Shown piece by piece: positions 45,201-61,399 of a stretch of DNA of 64,000 bases. Made by a program: the position numbers and the translations under genes. The DNA comes from the human T2T-CHM13v2.0 reference genome, Homo sapiens: the NCBI RefSeq assembly GCF_009914755.1, contig NC_060929.1, one strand, 5' to 3'. The notes under the pieces were generated by a model that was not told the DNA's origin, did not search any database, and was given only the letters and a program-made list of their open reading frames with translations. Within the stretch, counting starts at the first letter, position 1, and every line of letters starts with the position of its first letter.

Positions 45201-46344
45201 ACCTGTTACGAAATGCCAAACAACAAAATGTGTTCTACAGGTAGTAAGAACATTTTATTCTCTTTATTCCATATAGACATATATCAGCCATCCTTTGTAT
45301 CGTAACTTAAAATCCGTGGTCTCTGCCAAACATGATTGATTCTCCTGAGTAATCTTTTCGTATTCCAAATATTGAAAACACTTCATGTATGTGTCCCTAA
45401 TGTCCTTAAGAGGTTTATTTCATTGTTTTTTATTTATGTCTCTCACTAAGTGAGGATCTTGTGCCCCACTTCGGGCTTAGCATAGTGCTTGCCCTGCAAT
45501 TATTGCTCAGTAAATAAATGTGCAAAAGATTTATTGACTAACGCTGTGGATGAAGAGATCTGAATCCTTACGTTCTATGTGCTTAATAATCGAAAATTGT
45601 AATATAAATTTTTCAGCAACTTAAAATATCCCAGTGGTACTCTACTGATTGTGACAATAAAGAAAAAAAATTATTCAGAGTGGCTAGACTATCTTCATTC
45701 TCTTTAATACTCTGTTTCATTTTATTTTTGTTTACTAGTGAAAGATTTCAGTCTCTTCTGAAGCCGATAGTGATCTAGGAGGATAATTTTCAGGGCAAAA
45801 TTTGGGAGAAACAGAAAGGTGAGAGAACATGGAAGCTTCAAAAATAAAAAGCTGAGGAACTATTGATATTTAGTCAATGAGGTTACTTGATTCTGTATTA
45901 TACTGATTAAAAGAAATAGGGATAAAGAGCAAGAGAGATGGAGGAGAAAAAATGGAAAGGAAGAAGAGTCATGGACAAGGATGAGCTACCTCCTAATGCC
46001 AAATGTATATGTCCTGTTAAGAATAAAATGGTCAACAAACTTGCAGAATATATAAACAGATTAATCACAAAATCTAGAGCTGTCCATGTGGATGCAGAGG
46101 GTATATTATAAAAATGTCTGTGAAGGGGTTGGTTTTAGTATTTATGGGTGTATGTAGCCTCCAGAGGGCTCTTTAGAGACACCTTCCTTTGTTTATCTGT
46201 TTGTTTTCCCAAAATTATCACAAGAATATATCCCACAAATATATTATCCTTCCACAAGAATATTACCAGACAGTTGTAAAAAAACTATCATTTATTGATC
46301 ACTTATTCTGTGTCAAGTATATCACTATGGACTTCGTGAGTAGT

Positions 46345-46428
46345 ATTTTATTTTATTCTATTTTATTTTATTTTATTTTATTTTATTTTATTTTATTTTA
46401 TTTTATTTTATTTTATTTTATTTTATTT
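46345..46428 (+). repeat. (TTTTA)n pentanucleotide microsatellite within a MIR fragment
   Basis: About 16 near-perfect units. Confidence 0.95.
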
Positions 46429-46694
46429 ACTATCCCCAATAATGCTTTGAAGTAGGTATCATTTTTTTCAATCACAAATTATAAAGCAGTCTATAAATTT
46501 CTGTTTCCTGTACCCTCAAGACTACTGAATGTTATCAATTATTTTCATCTTTGTCAATCCGATAGTGGGAAAAAAATCTATCTTAGTTTAACTTTAATTT
46601 GGAATTGTCTTATCATGAGGTTGAGAATGTTTTCACATGTTAAAGGACCATTTGTATTTCTGTATCTGTGAGTTTACTTTTAATGAATTTTAAA

Positions 46695-47420
46695 ATATTT
46701 ATGGAGTATATCCTATGTACTAGAAGATTGGTGTGTATTGCTGAGTGAACCAGACAAGGTGCGTGCCCTTAAGTAGCTACTGGAATTATGGCAAATACAG
46801 AAAACAGAGATACTAATACATGGAAAAACACACTTTGTATATGGGAGGCGTGGAGGAAAGGGGATGTGTTTAGGTAAGTGGACAAGATGGCCTCTCTGAG
46901 AAGATGACATCAAAGAGGAGAGTTGAAGGATGAAAAGGGGCAGCCTTGTGGAGAGTCAGGGAAATGATGAGCAAAGTCTTTGAGATAAGAAAAAAAAAAA
47001 GTGCCTTGGAAGAATTAAGAGAAAATCAGCATGGCCGTAACATACTATGAGTTGAATAGAATGACGTGAGATGAAGTGGTAGAGATAGGCAGAGGCCAGC
47101 AGAGTTGTGTTGTATTTCAAAGCACATAGCTCACAGTAAAGAGTTTGTCTTTTATTCATGGTACAGTGGAAAAAAAGTCATTAAAGTAGAGCTGCCAGAT
47201 AGAACACAGAATACCGGTGAAATTTGAATTTCAGATAATTGATGAATACTTTCTTAGTATAAGAATATCCCAACTATTTCATGGAACACACTTACACTAG
47301 GAAAGTATTCATTGTTTATCTTAAATTCAAATTTAATTGGTTATCCTGCATTTTAATTTGTTAACTCTGGCAACCATACGTTAAAGATTTTAAGCAAGAG
47401 AGTAATGTAATCAGATATAT
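46695..47420 (-). mobile_element. L2 fragment interrupted by MER53
   Basis: CAGACAAGGTGCGTGCCCT, GGCCTCTCTGAGAAGATGACAT, GATTTTAAGCAAGAGAGTAATGTAATCAGAT. Confidence 0.75.
47187..47378 (+). mobile_element. MER53 palindromic hAT MITE, full length
   Basis: Termini TAGAGCTGCCAGA / TCTGGCAACCATA; internal inverted repeat AAATTTGAATTTCAGATAA...TTATCTTAAATTCAAATTT; 8-bp TSD CATTAAAG/CGTTAAAG. Confidence 0.9.
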
Positions 47421-47970
47421 GCTTAAGAAGTTTAAAAAACTCTCCTAATGTCACAAAAACTAATAAATGTCAGAGTCAATGTTTGAACCTCGATCGTTGG
47501 ACATCAGAGAATATTCAAATGTTATCCTAATTACTCTGCTATACATTTGTCTATAAATATTTTCTAGGATACAGATGATATCATGAAAAGCAGTGAATGT
47601 GTAGTCCATAATTTAGCATACAACTAAAACTTAGGACAGAAAATTTAAGAGGGGAGTTCAGAAGTACACAGATTTATCAGTTTGAGACACAAGAAGCTTT
47701 AGGAATGTATACTTGCAGAGGATAGTGTAGAGATATTACTGGAAACAGGAGTGGAAGGTGGAGAATTGCACAGCTAGACCACTATCTCTCCCCATCCCAT
47801 TTGGAAGACTTTACAGTCTAAGCTACTTTGGGCTTCAAGATAACTATGCATAGGTAAGGGCTGGCTGGTATGAACGGCCAAAACAAAACAAAACAAAAAA
47901 AACACTGTAAACAAATAGAAAGACAAAAATGAACTGGGAAAAATATACATTTGTAATTGAGATCACAAAG

Positions 47971-48300
47971 GGTCTTAGTTGATTCAGGCTGCTGTAACAG
48001 AGTATTATAGACTGGGTGGCTTATAGTAACAGAAACTTATTTCTCATGGCTTTAGAGGCTGAGAAGTGCAAGAATAAAGGGCTAGAAGATTCAGTGTCTG
48101 GCGAGAGCCTACTTCCTGGTTCATAGATGGCCATCTTTTCACTCCCTCTGACCTCTTTTATATGGGCACTAATCCCATTGATAAGGTCTCTGCCCTCATG
48201 ACTAATCACCTCCCAAGGTCCCCACCTCCTCATCCTCTCACACTGGGAATGAGGTTACAAAATATAAATTCGGGGGAGAACACACATTTAGTCTTTAGCA
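47971..48300 (-). mobile_element. MLT1A-like solo LTR
   Basis: GTCTTAGT...AGACTGGGTGGCTTATA...GGGCACTAATCCCATT...ACATTTAGTCTTTAGCA. Confidence 0.85.
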
Positions 48301-48619
48301 GTTACTTTCATATTTTCTAAAAATGGCAACAGCCAAATTAAAAAAAAAAAAAGAAAGAAAAGGCACGATTCTAAGCCAATTCACAGATATGGAAATACAA
48401 ATGGTCATTTAACATATGAAAACATTCTCAACATTATTATAAGACAATGGCAAATTAAGACTAAATTACGATAGAATTTTTTCCACTATCAGATTGACAA
48501 AGATGAAAATAATTGATGACATTCAGTATTGTTGTGTGTATAGGAAACAGAAATTTTTGGATTGTTATGAGAGTATTAATCTCTAAATCTTCTATAGATG
48601 ACAATCATGTATCAAAAAA

Positions 48620-49373
48620 AATTTTTATTATACTTAAGCTCTGGGATACATGTGCAGAACGTGCAGGTTTGTTACGTAGGTGTATATGTGCCATGGTTGG
48701 TTGCTGCACCCATCAACCCGTCATCTACGTTAGGTATTTCTCCTAATGCTATCCCTCCCCTTGCCCCCCACCCCCTGACAGGCCCCAGTGTGTGATGTTT
48801 CCCTCCCTGTACCCATATGTTCTCACTGTTCGACTCCCACTTATGAGTGAAAACATGTGGTGTTTGGTTTTCTGTTCCTGTGTTAGTTTGCTGAGAATGA
48901 TGGTTTCCAGCTTCATCCATGTCCCTGAAAAGGACATGAACTCATTCTTTTTTATGCTTGCATAGTATTCCATGGTGTATATGTGCCACATTTTCTTTAT
49001 CCAGTCTATCATTGATGGGCATTCGGGATAGTTCCAACTCTTTGCTATTGTGATTAGTGCTGCAATAAACATACGTGTGCATGTATCTTTATAGAAGATG
49101 ATTTATAATCCTTTGGGTATATAGCTAGTAATGGGATTGCTGGGTCAAATGGTATTTCTGGTTCTAGATACGAGCCCTTGTGCTTTCCGGGTGAGGCGAT
49201 TCCCCACTCTGCTTCAGCTCACCCTGTGTGGGCTGCACCCACCGTCTAACCAGTACCAAGGAGATGAGCCAGTTGCGTCAGTTGGAAATGCAGAAATCAC
49301 CCGCCTTTTGCTTTGGTCTCTCTGGGAGCTGCAGCCTGGAGCTGTTCTCATTCTGCCATCTTGCCCAAGAATC
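48620..49373 (-). mobile_element. L1PA (about L1PA7-like) with a large internal deletion: 3' ~550 bp (48620-49168) fused to the first ~200 bp of the 5'UTR (49169-49373)
   Basis: ORF2 C-terminus MFIAALITIAKSWN.P.CPSMIDWIKKMWHIYTMEYY and 3'UTR. On the minus strand the element begins GATTCTTGGGCAAGATGGC.GAAT...CAGCTCCCAG...GGGTGATTTCTGCATTTCCAACTGA. Confidence 0.92.
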
Positions 49374-50071
49374 TCAAAATTATTGAGACATGTATATTTA
49401 AACCTGTCAATTCCACTTCAACTTATGAAAAACACTTATGACTGAAAATATATTTATTAAAGTTTATTTTGGCAAAAAATTGGGAACAACTTAAAGGTTC
49501 ACTATAAAAGTATAAAAGGATAATATATAATCATAAAAAAATAGGGAAGCTCTTTTTGTATTGACATGAAATAATCCATTAGATATAAAGCTATGAGAAA
49601 ACAGAACAAGATGCTAAGAGGCCAAAGGTATAATGACTTACGTAATAAAGGGGAAATAGATGTATATGAGATTGATACATATGTTATATATATATGTCTA
49701 TGTATATATATGTTTACATATATAAGTATAAAAGATCACAGATCTGGCATGGTATTTGAGTAATGGATAACATTAGACGCCTGCACCAGCACAACTTGTT
49801 GGCTGGTGGCAAGGTTTGGAGGGAGACTGTCATTATACTCACTTTTATACCGCTTCAATTTGAAACCTTGTGTCAGTATTCTCTATTCAAACAAATGAGA
49901 AGTTTTAAATAATACCTTAAAAATGAGCCTCAGTAAAAATAATCACAAAGACATCATTTCATGCCCCAGTTTTCCTTTATGCATTTACATAAAAACCTAA
50001 AGAATTTGAGAATATCATAGAGATGTTGCCAGCTCTTTTGATGCTTTCTAGGTCTACAGGGGAAGCATGTG

Positions 50072-50105
<34 letters not shown>

Positions 50106-50106
50106 C
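50072..50106. repeat. (CA)n microsatellite
   Basis: Seen directly. Confidence 0.93.
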
Positions 50107-50214
50107 TAAACATAAAGCCCTTTTCCTAAATGACATAATTCAGGCAGATATGAATTTGAATTTTCATAGGTAGGAATCACATTTGGGAAAAGTAAATTAA
50201 GATCATGCCAGAGA

Positions 50215-50420
50215 ATTGCTTATTCTTTGGGATCAGAAATCCCTTAGTTTGTATCTCAGCTTTGGAACTTACTAGCCATATAATCTTATGCAAGTTACTT
50301 ATTTCTCAGAGCTTCAATTTCCTTATCTGTAAAATGGAGATAGAACTACCTCCTTTAGAGTGCAGCCATTTTAAAGTATCAAGCCAGGTGTTCGTAACAG
50401 GCACTTCATAAGTGGAATAT
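50215..50420 (+). mobile_element. MIR
   Basis: GCAAGTTACTTATTTCTCAGAGCTTCAATTTCCTTATCTGTAAAATGGAGATA core. Confidence 0.75.
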
Positions 50421-53400
50421 TTTATTTTGCATTATCGCAAGACCTTTTCCTCCCTTTGCTAACACATATCAGTGCTCATTGCACAAATAACAGAGATAGA
50501 ATTGAGATCCTATGAAATATAGCCTGATTTACTCTCTTTTTAATAATTTTATTAAAAATTCCAAACTTTAAGATTATCCAATAAAAAAATATTTAACACA
50601 TTGCCTATGATTTGGGAAGTAACAGATTAACACATTGAGCACAGATTTTTAATGCTGTGTTTTCCAGACTGCTCTGGGAACATACGCCTCAGTAACACCA
50701 CCTACAGGGTTGGAATCAGGCTCACTTTATTAAATTTGCAAGTTGGAATGTTTTATCTTTTGGTATTTTCCCACCTTCACTTCTACACCCTGCAGATCTC
50801 TACCTCTCTTCAAAGAATTCCCTTCTGAAAAATAGGTCAAACATTTACAGGTGGCTGGTTTTGTTTTCTGGGTTTGCAGTCTGAATGTTTATGAACTTGG
50901 GTAGAGCTCATTAAAGCTTCCTTTCTGCCTTTTATTATAAAAAGTTCAAATGACAGTACTTGAAGAACAGCTTCTGGCTAAATATTATTAAAATCCAAAG
51001 GCCAATAAGAAGAATCATTTGTTGGTCAAATCTATATTAATCTAACTTGTTATATTGTCTTAACAACATTCTCAAGAGCGTTTTTTCTGCTACTGAAAAG
51101 ATTCATTTCAATAAACCAAACATACTCTATTTAAATGAGTGTACTTATGCTAGGCCAATTTCATAATTGTTCTAGAGAAAATAATCTCTCAATAGTCCAT
51201 TCTGGCTAGACTGTTGTTTATCAAATAGAGTAGTAGAGTCTATTTAACTCTGAATATTACTTGATTTGAAAATCATAGCCCTTTTATTAATTAGCCCTGA
51301 CTTGGTCTCGGAGGTGACAGTGATTTAATATGAGTCAAAATCTCATTATCTAAAACAAATTACTATGAAACCCCAGAATTGCAGAAAGCCATCCAAATTC
51401 CACTTAAATTATTACTATTGTTATCTGATATAACCAAAACCAAAGTGACAGCCAAGGAGTTCTTTTGAGTCCAATGACCTCTACTGCAAATCATGGGCAA
51501 TTGAACTCCTGCCACGGACTCTCTCGGGCTGGGAAAACGTGCCATTTTTGCTCACCACGCACTCCCCTACAAAAACATATTTATTTCAAAGTATTTAGCC
51601 TCCTACTCGTTCTTCATGTCCCAGCTTAAATCATGCCTCTAAGAACTTCCTAATTATACTTCAAGTGCATTTTCCCTTGTTCCCTTCACACCCTGAAATT
51701 CTGCTCTCTAGCCCTCACTACAAGGACAATTAAACGAAATGAAACATATTTTATGTAATTATTTAAATATATCTCTTCTGTTGTTTAAGATCTTTGGAGA
51801 AAGAACTGAGTCAGTATTTTATCCTGAAATCTTTCATAAAACATTTTCATGCAAAGTTGATGAGATTTTTGGAATCAAATCCTTTCAAATGTTTTTTTTT
51901 TTTTTTTTAATGTAACATTGGGTGTTTGTTTCTGTCAGTTAAGCTGAAGGAATGAGACAGTCTCTGTGCCTGTTCTTATCTGAGCTCGCATGGTAATTCT
52001 CATGGTCAAAAAGAGAAGTATGCCTTTCTGACCTCTTTTTTTTTCCATGATGATTTCCATTTCTGGAAAGCGAAGATTCTGCAAATTTACATCCTTCCCT
52101 TTTAGGGTGCTTGACATATTGGGTCCTTCTACCTAACTCCATGATCTCATATGATCTCAATTTAAAGTTGATCTGCATTAAAAGCTCATGAAATACTGTA
52201 ATCTGAAGTTAAGAAAGAACTACTCACATATCCACACATCCATCCATCCATCCATCCTCCATCCTTCTTGGCTCTTCTGCTCATGGAAGTCCCCTTATCA
52301 CACAGCCTTGTCTTAAGGCATTTCTCTGGCAAGCATGTAAAACATCATCATAGATTTGAACATGACATTAAAAAGCAATGCATTTCTGAACAATTTCCCA
52401 AGTGATTTCCCCAAAGGAGCTATACATTATAAGTCTTGCAAGAGTGACATGTTATAATGAAAGCAGTTATTTTAGAAAGATATCTTTGCCAGTGGGAATG
52501 GACTAGATTGAAACAGAGAGACTCTGAAATCCGAAATCTGCTGAAGTCCAGACATGAAGTATTTTAGGGACTGGAAGTGCTGGACATAGAGGAAAAAGAA
52601 TGAAACCTAGAGGTATTTTTGAAGGAAGTAATAACAGTACATGTTGATAAATTGGATATAAAGAAGCAAGATACAGCACTTTCCATGATTTTAATAATAT
52701 TTAACATTTCAAAATGAAACAGTCTTACTATAGATTATTGAAAAATTCTCTCATCATTAATTTGTCCATTAGAGTTGTGGGTATGTGTGTGTGCATGCAC
52801 ATAGCCATTTACGTGTGTACATGTTAAAAGTAAAAAAAAAAAAAAAAGGTAATATTCGTTTCCTTATCCTAAGATCTGGATGAATGAACTCATCTTTCAT
52901 TTTGCATCTTTTTAATCTTTAGGAACCTGTTGTTATAACAAAAGGTTAAAAGAGGCCTAGCATTTCTGATGGGTTTAATTTGGTACAAGAGAATACATTG
53001 CCAGCTCCTTCAGGTTTCATATGCTCTCCGTATTTATCACAAAGATATCACAACTTTGTTTGTTATTCCAACCTGCATCATTTTGTCCCCAGTGTATCCT
53101 CTCTGTCTTCTGAAGGCCGACAGAAACAGATTGAAAGGAGCTCACTTTGGCAGGCCACAATGTTGCATTTCACTGATTTCTGTGATACTTTAATAACAAC
53201 CAGAACAAGGAAATGATCCTAACGTGGGCATCACTCTGAGGCTCTATAAAACATTTTAAAGCCATCTTTTGGCTGAAAGATATGAGTAATCACATTTCAC
53301 TCAAGCAGGATTTATAGTTTAAAATATTCATTCACCAATTACCTTGTTAACCTGAAGATTTTATTTCTCTCCAGAAAACATTTATATGAATTTAGATGCT

Positions 53401-53549
53401 CAAATTTAGAGGTCATAATGGCATCCCTCTCGGAATTTACTTCATGGAACCCTTTTCAAACATTTGGTAATGTAATAGAATTCTATTTTGTGCTAAGTGA
53501 ATTTTTTCTGTTGTACAGGAATTGTGGCTAAAAATATGCACCCTAATCT

Positions 53550-53947
53550 TGTAAGAGTCTATCTATAACAAGATAAACCTGAAATCTCAGTGCATCAACA
53601 CAACAGATTTTTTTTTTTCTTTCACAAACTCCGGTTTGGACATGGTGGGAGATGGAGAGAGTGAATTGCTCCAACCACAGTTCAGAAAACAAGGCTGGCA
53701 GAGGTAATGCCATCTATGCCATGTGATGTCTAATACAACCCTGAGTGTTGACATTAAGCTGGGTTAAAGATTCTGCATTGGTGGCTTTAAACAATTTATC
53801 TTGTAAGAGGAACACATCAGTTCTATTGGCCAGAAATCTCATATTTATTCACCCCTAACTGCTAGGGAGGCTGAAATATTTATTCCAACCATGAGCCTAA
53901 AGAAACAGTGAGTGAGTTTCATGAAGTGATAGGTAGCCTATGCTACA
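53550..53947 (-). mobile_element. Old MLT1 (J/K/L-like) LTR
   Basis: AAATCTCAGTG...ACACAACAGATTT, TCTATTGGCCAGAA, CCTAACTGCTAGGGAGGCTGAAA...TGCTACA. Confidence 0.65.
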
Positions 53948-54206
53948 AAAACTGATTCTTCCTTTTTTGCTTTCTACCTTTCTCTTTCCTTCCTTCCTCC
54001 CTTGGGTTTCATTTACCTTTCTTTTCCCATCTTCCTAAGCTAAAAGAGTGGATCATTGATTTTTAAACCTGTATTTCTTTTCCTAATATGTGTGTTTATA
54101 GTTATATTTTTTCCTCTGAGTACTCTTTTAGCTGCATCCTGCAGGTTGGATATGCTGTAATTTCGTTATTCTTCAATTAAAAATATTTTCTTAAATACAG
54201 AAGTTT

Positions 54207-56088
<1,882 letters not shown>

Positions 56089-57928
56089 TTTTCTTTTTCT
56101 TTTTATTTGATTTTTGATTTAACTCATGGTTATTTAGAGCGGTGTTGTGTTATCTTTTCCAAACTTTTGTGACATTTCTAGTTACCATTTTCTTGGTGAA
56201 TTTTAGTATCATTCCTTTCTGGTCAGAAAACATACCTTGTATGATTTCAAACATTTGGAATTCATTGAGACGTGTTGCACAGCCAAGCATAGGCTCTATT
56301 TTGATTTCCCAAATACACTGGAAAATCTTACATATTTTGCAGTTATTGCGTATATTGTTCTGCATGTCAATTGTCATGTTGTTAAAATGTGATGCTCAAT
56401 TTTCTTCACAATAGTACTGATTTTTAAGTACTTTTTCTGTTATTTAGAAAGATGCACTAAAATTTAATATAGAATTACAGGTTTGTTTATCTTATTGTTA
56501 GTTATGATATTTTTTTCTTTTAAAATTGTTATCAGGTACACACAGATTTGAGATTATTTTGTCTTCCTTTCCAGCTGACCTTTTATCATATTAAAATACC
56601 ACTCTTTATGACTTAAAATTCTACCTGCTTTAAAGTCTACCTTGTCTGTATTAGTATCACTATACCAGTTTTCTTTTGGTTAATGTTTTCAAGATATAAT
56701 TTTATCTATCTTAATATTTTGAACTTGTGTAATTGTATTTCATGTATATTTCTTATCAACAGGGTATAATTATGTCTTTTTTAAATTCAGTCTTATGATT
56801 TCTGCTTTTTGATATAATTAATGAATAAATTTATATTTACTGTCATGACTGATATAGTTGGAATTATTTCCTATATATTTATAGTTTGTTCCCATTCCTT
56901 TCTATCTCCTTTCTTGCCTCCTTTTATAATCGATCAAGTGATATTCATTTTATATGTTCTATTAGCTTGTAATTGTATATTTTTTGTTATTCTGTTACTG
57001 ATCACCCCAGAAATTACCACATGCAGTTTCAACTTATAATACTCTATTCTAAATTAACATTTTCAATATTTCTACATAATGCAAGAATTTTACAAAAGGG
57101 AACCTGTCTCTCTTTTTCTGTTGTTTATGCTCCCACGTTATTTTACTGGTGTGAATAATTTAGCCCCACAGTGGGTTGCTAGCATTATTAATTTAAATAT
57201 TAATATTATTTAAGTGTTTTTACGGTTTTACCCGGTTCAGTGGTATTCCTTTCTCCTTGTAATTTTGTGCATCTGTGTGACATCATGTTGCATTAATCTG
57301 GAGAACTTCCCTTAATTTTTTTTATAGGTTCATTGGTGACAAATTCTCTCAGATTATTTTAATATTAAAGTATTTTTATGACTTTTACTTCTAAAGGATA
57401 ATTTAACATGATACAGAACTCTAGACTCACACTCTTTTGTTTGTTTCTTTTGTCTATTGCTATCATTTATTGTCATTTGGCTTTTACAGTTATGGTTGAA
57501 AAGCTTGCCTGGGGCCTTACTGTTGCTTCTTTGAACAAAAAATGTGTTTGTCTCTAAGCTGCTAATATTTCACTTTGCCTTTGGTTTTCAGTAATTTTAC
57601 TAAGACACACATAAATATGGTCATCTAGTTATTTGTCCTAATTGGAGTTTGCTGTGCTTGAATGTGTGGGCTGACATCTTTTATCAGTTTATCAGATATT
57701 TCTCAGCCATTATCTTGAACATAATTTATTTTGTTCTACATGTTTTTTACACCCTTTTCTTCTTTCCAATCTTTTATTTACCCTCTCTGTGCTCCTGTTT
57801 GGATTTTTTTTTATTTCCTTGAGGTCACTAGTCATACTCTACTATGGGATTTTTTTGTGTGTTTTCAATTCTGGAATGTCATTTTTATTCTTTTTTATAG
57901 ATTCCAGTTCTCTCGATATTTTTAATAA

Positions 57929-58539
<611 letters not shown>

Positions 58540-60825
58540 TCATTTTGTTATTATATTCCTTGTGTTGTTTAACATATTTATAATAGGTGTTTTAAGTCCA
58601 CATGAGTATAATGTACTATCTGAATTATCTCTGTCTTTATAGTTTTTGTTAACATTTTAAAACTTTTTGGTCACATTTTCATTTCTCTTTGCATACCTTG
58701 TAATTTTTTTTGCATTCAGGAAATTGTGTGGAAAAACCGTAGAAGCTGAAGATTTTTTTCCCCCCTCAAAGAGGGTTTATTTTTTCATCTGTTAGGTAGG
58801 CAGTGCGAAGGTCTAGTTACTCAATGCAGTCAGGTGGGTCAGGTCTAAGTAGCAGTTTGAGCAAGCCTTAATTCACAGCTGGTATGTCGCCAATTTCTTG
58901 GGCATGTTCCTCCTAGACTCTTGATTGCAAGATTAACAGTTCTTTGTTTCTTCAGCTCTGAAACACAGGAAGTGATCAGTTCTTTTTTTTTAGAAGTCTT
59001 CAACCAAGCTCCTTAGCTCCCCACCCAGTACCAATTATATTTTTGCAAATCTTGAGGGAGGTCTAGCCTCAGGCCGACTTCCTCTTTCTAGTAGGACTTT
59101 GTCTCCTAAGGACTGTTGTGGTGTGGTGGTTTCCTTCTGTCTTCAGATGTTTCTGGATAGCCCTCTAACTTTCCATGTTGCCTCAGGACTCAGCAGTGTT
59201 CAATTAGGAAATACTCATGCTTTTGGAGCTTTGCTAGATTTCAACCTGTCATGCCGGTTCACCAGACCATCAATACTTACCTGGGATTTCTTTCTCCCAG
59301 TTTAGTTGCTATGCCCAGCCCAAACCTATCTTCAACTTATAATTAGAATTTGCAAAGGTCAAAGAGCAATTTTCAGATTTCCTAGTAAGGGCGATTTCTG
59401 CTCTAAAATGTTTAGTGCATCAAGTCTTTGTCGTGTTGTTTGTTTGTTTGTTTGTTTTCCCCCAGCAATCGGATCTATTTAAGCCTATGATTACAAATTA
59501 TCCAGTTTTCTTCCTGGTTCTTACCACGAGAGTGTTAGCCTGCACTGACCTACCTGGAAAGACAAATCCCAGAATAATACTTTGTGGAGGTACATTATTC
59601 CTTTTGCTTAATCTCCAACTGTCAACTTACAAAGTATTTTAATTTATTTTTTAAAAACCTTATTCTTGTCTAGATATAGTTTGGTTCTTATGCATATCTC
59701 GATACAGTTTGGAACTCACACATATAGAAGCATAAGTCTTTTCTCTTGGTATTCACTCCAGATTCTCTGCTATATCATGCCCAGATAACACATTCCATTT
59801 TGTGTAAAATGTAATTTTCTGGAAAGCCTACCATTCATTTTACTATCCTTTGTGAGAGCCATATGAACTTTCAGAGGAACAAAAGTCCATGAAAAGAGCA
59901 GGGGAAATGCCCAGTGAAAAGTGGCTGGGTGACATCGACTTTAAATGTGCAATAGTTCCAATGCCAGATTTCCTCCTAAGCAGTGCCAATTGGCAGACAC
60001 AGAAATCCTCACCTCCTCCCAGTGTTAAACTCAGCAGTCAAAAACTAGATGTAGTGGGAAGTGTTGATTTAACACCAGGGAAGAAACATGGTCTGATGCT
60101 AGCTTTAGTAAACATTTAAAAGAAGGTTTTTAAGAGTGTTAGCTTAAAAGGCAGACAGAAGGACAGAGAATAAGAGCAGAGGAACAAAGATGACAGAACT
60201 GTAGAAATGTGAGGAGAAGCTTCCTGACTGACAGGAGGACGAATGAAGCTTGGAATAATCTAGAGTAAAGCTCCACTTTAAATAATGTTTACATCAGTTT
60301 GGGTCACATGAGATTACCGACGCATCCACGTAAATGTAGAGAAATATACATATATATGTGCACGATGATGGTGTAATGTATTAAATAAATACATATGTGT
60401 ATACATGTATGTAACATGTATGAAAGATATATAATTTCTTTATATATTCAAAAATGTATGTAAGAAACTATTTGTGTCTAGAAATGTTTTTATTGTTCTC
60501 ATTCTTAGAAACGCAGAGAAAATCATGCTTAATTCCCTTGAAGAATGACCTCTATGTACACAGTTGTATTTGTTGTTATTAAAAAAATTACATCAGACAC
60601 TTTGATGAGTACAGATAATTTTGGGGAATTTGATGATATAAATATTAATATGCCATAGATGTTGCCTTGAATAAACTTTTAGTCTACAAAGGGGAAAAAG
60701 TAGGCAAGAAGATAATTAAAATACTGTAAATAAACGATAATAGAAGGAGGTAAAATGTATCAAAAAATAAGACAGTTTTGAAAGCTAGTAAGAGAAATAT
60801 GTAACTGCTTTAAAGAGGAGGTGAT

Positions 60826-61142
<317 letters not shown>

Positions 61143-61399
61143 TCAGATTAGAGTTGAAGAATACAAATTAATGTCTAATGTATTCATTGTTCCCCTCTTC
61201 TCTCCTTCATAAAACTCACTTCTAACATATACTAAGTGTTTAATACACTGCATGTAAATATATGAGAAACTTATAATGTGGTCTGCTTGAGTACATTTAT
61301 TTTACCCTAACATTAGAATTACAATGGTCCCCTTATATAGTAAGCTGTTATATCTAGTTATGTGGACTACACACTTTATCCTTCCTCAAAGTTGTCTTT

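Larger units (their letters stand above)
47880..49900 (+). mobile_element. L1ME-like 3' fragments hosting MLT1A and a deleted L1PA
   Basis: GAAATACAAATGG..ATTTAACATATGAAAA, ATCAGATTGACAAAGAT, AAAATTGGGAACAACTTAAA. Confidence 0.55.

Noticed and set aside
48749-49072. 107-aa ORF resembling a real protein
   Set aside because: It is the L1 ORF2 C-terminus reading into the 3'UTR of a deleted L1.
52895-52950. Possible micro-exon (TTTAATCTTTAG|GAACC...AAAG|GTTAAA)
   Set aside because: Poor donor, 22 nt (not frame-preserving) and no other support.
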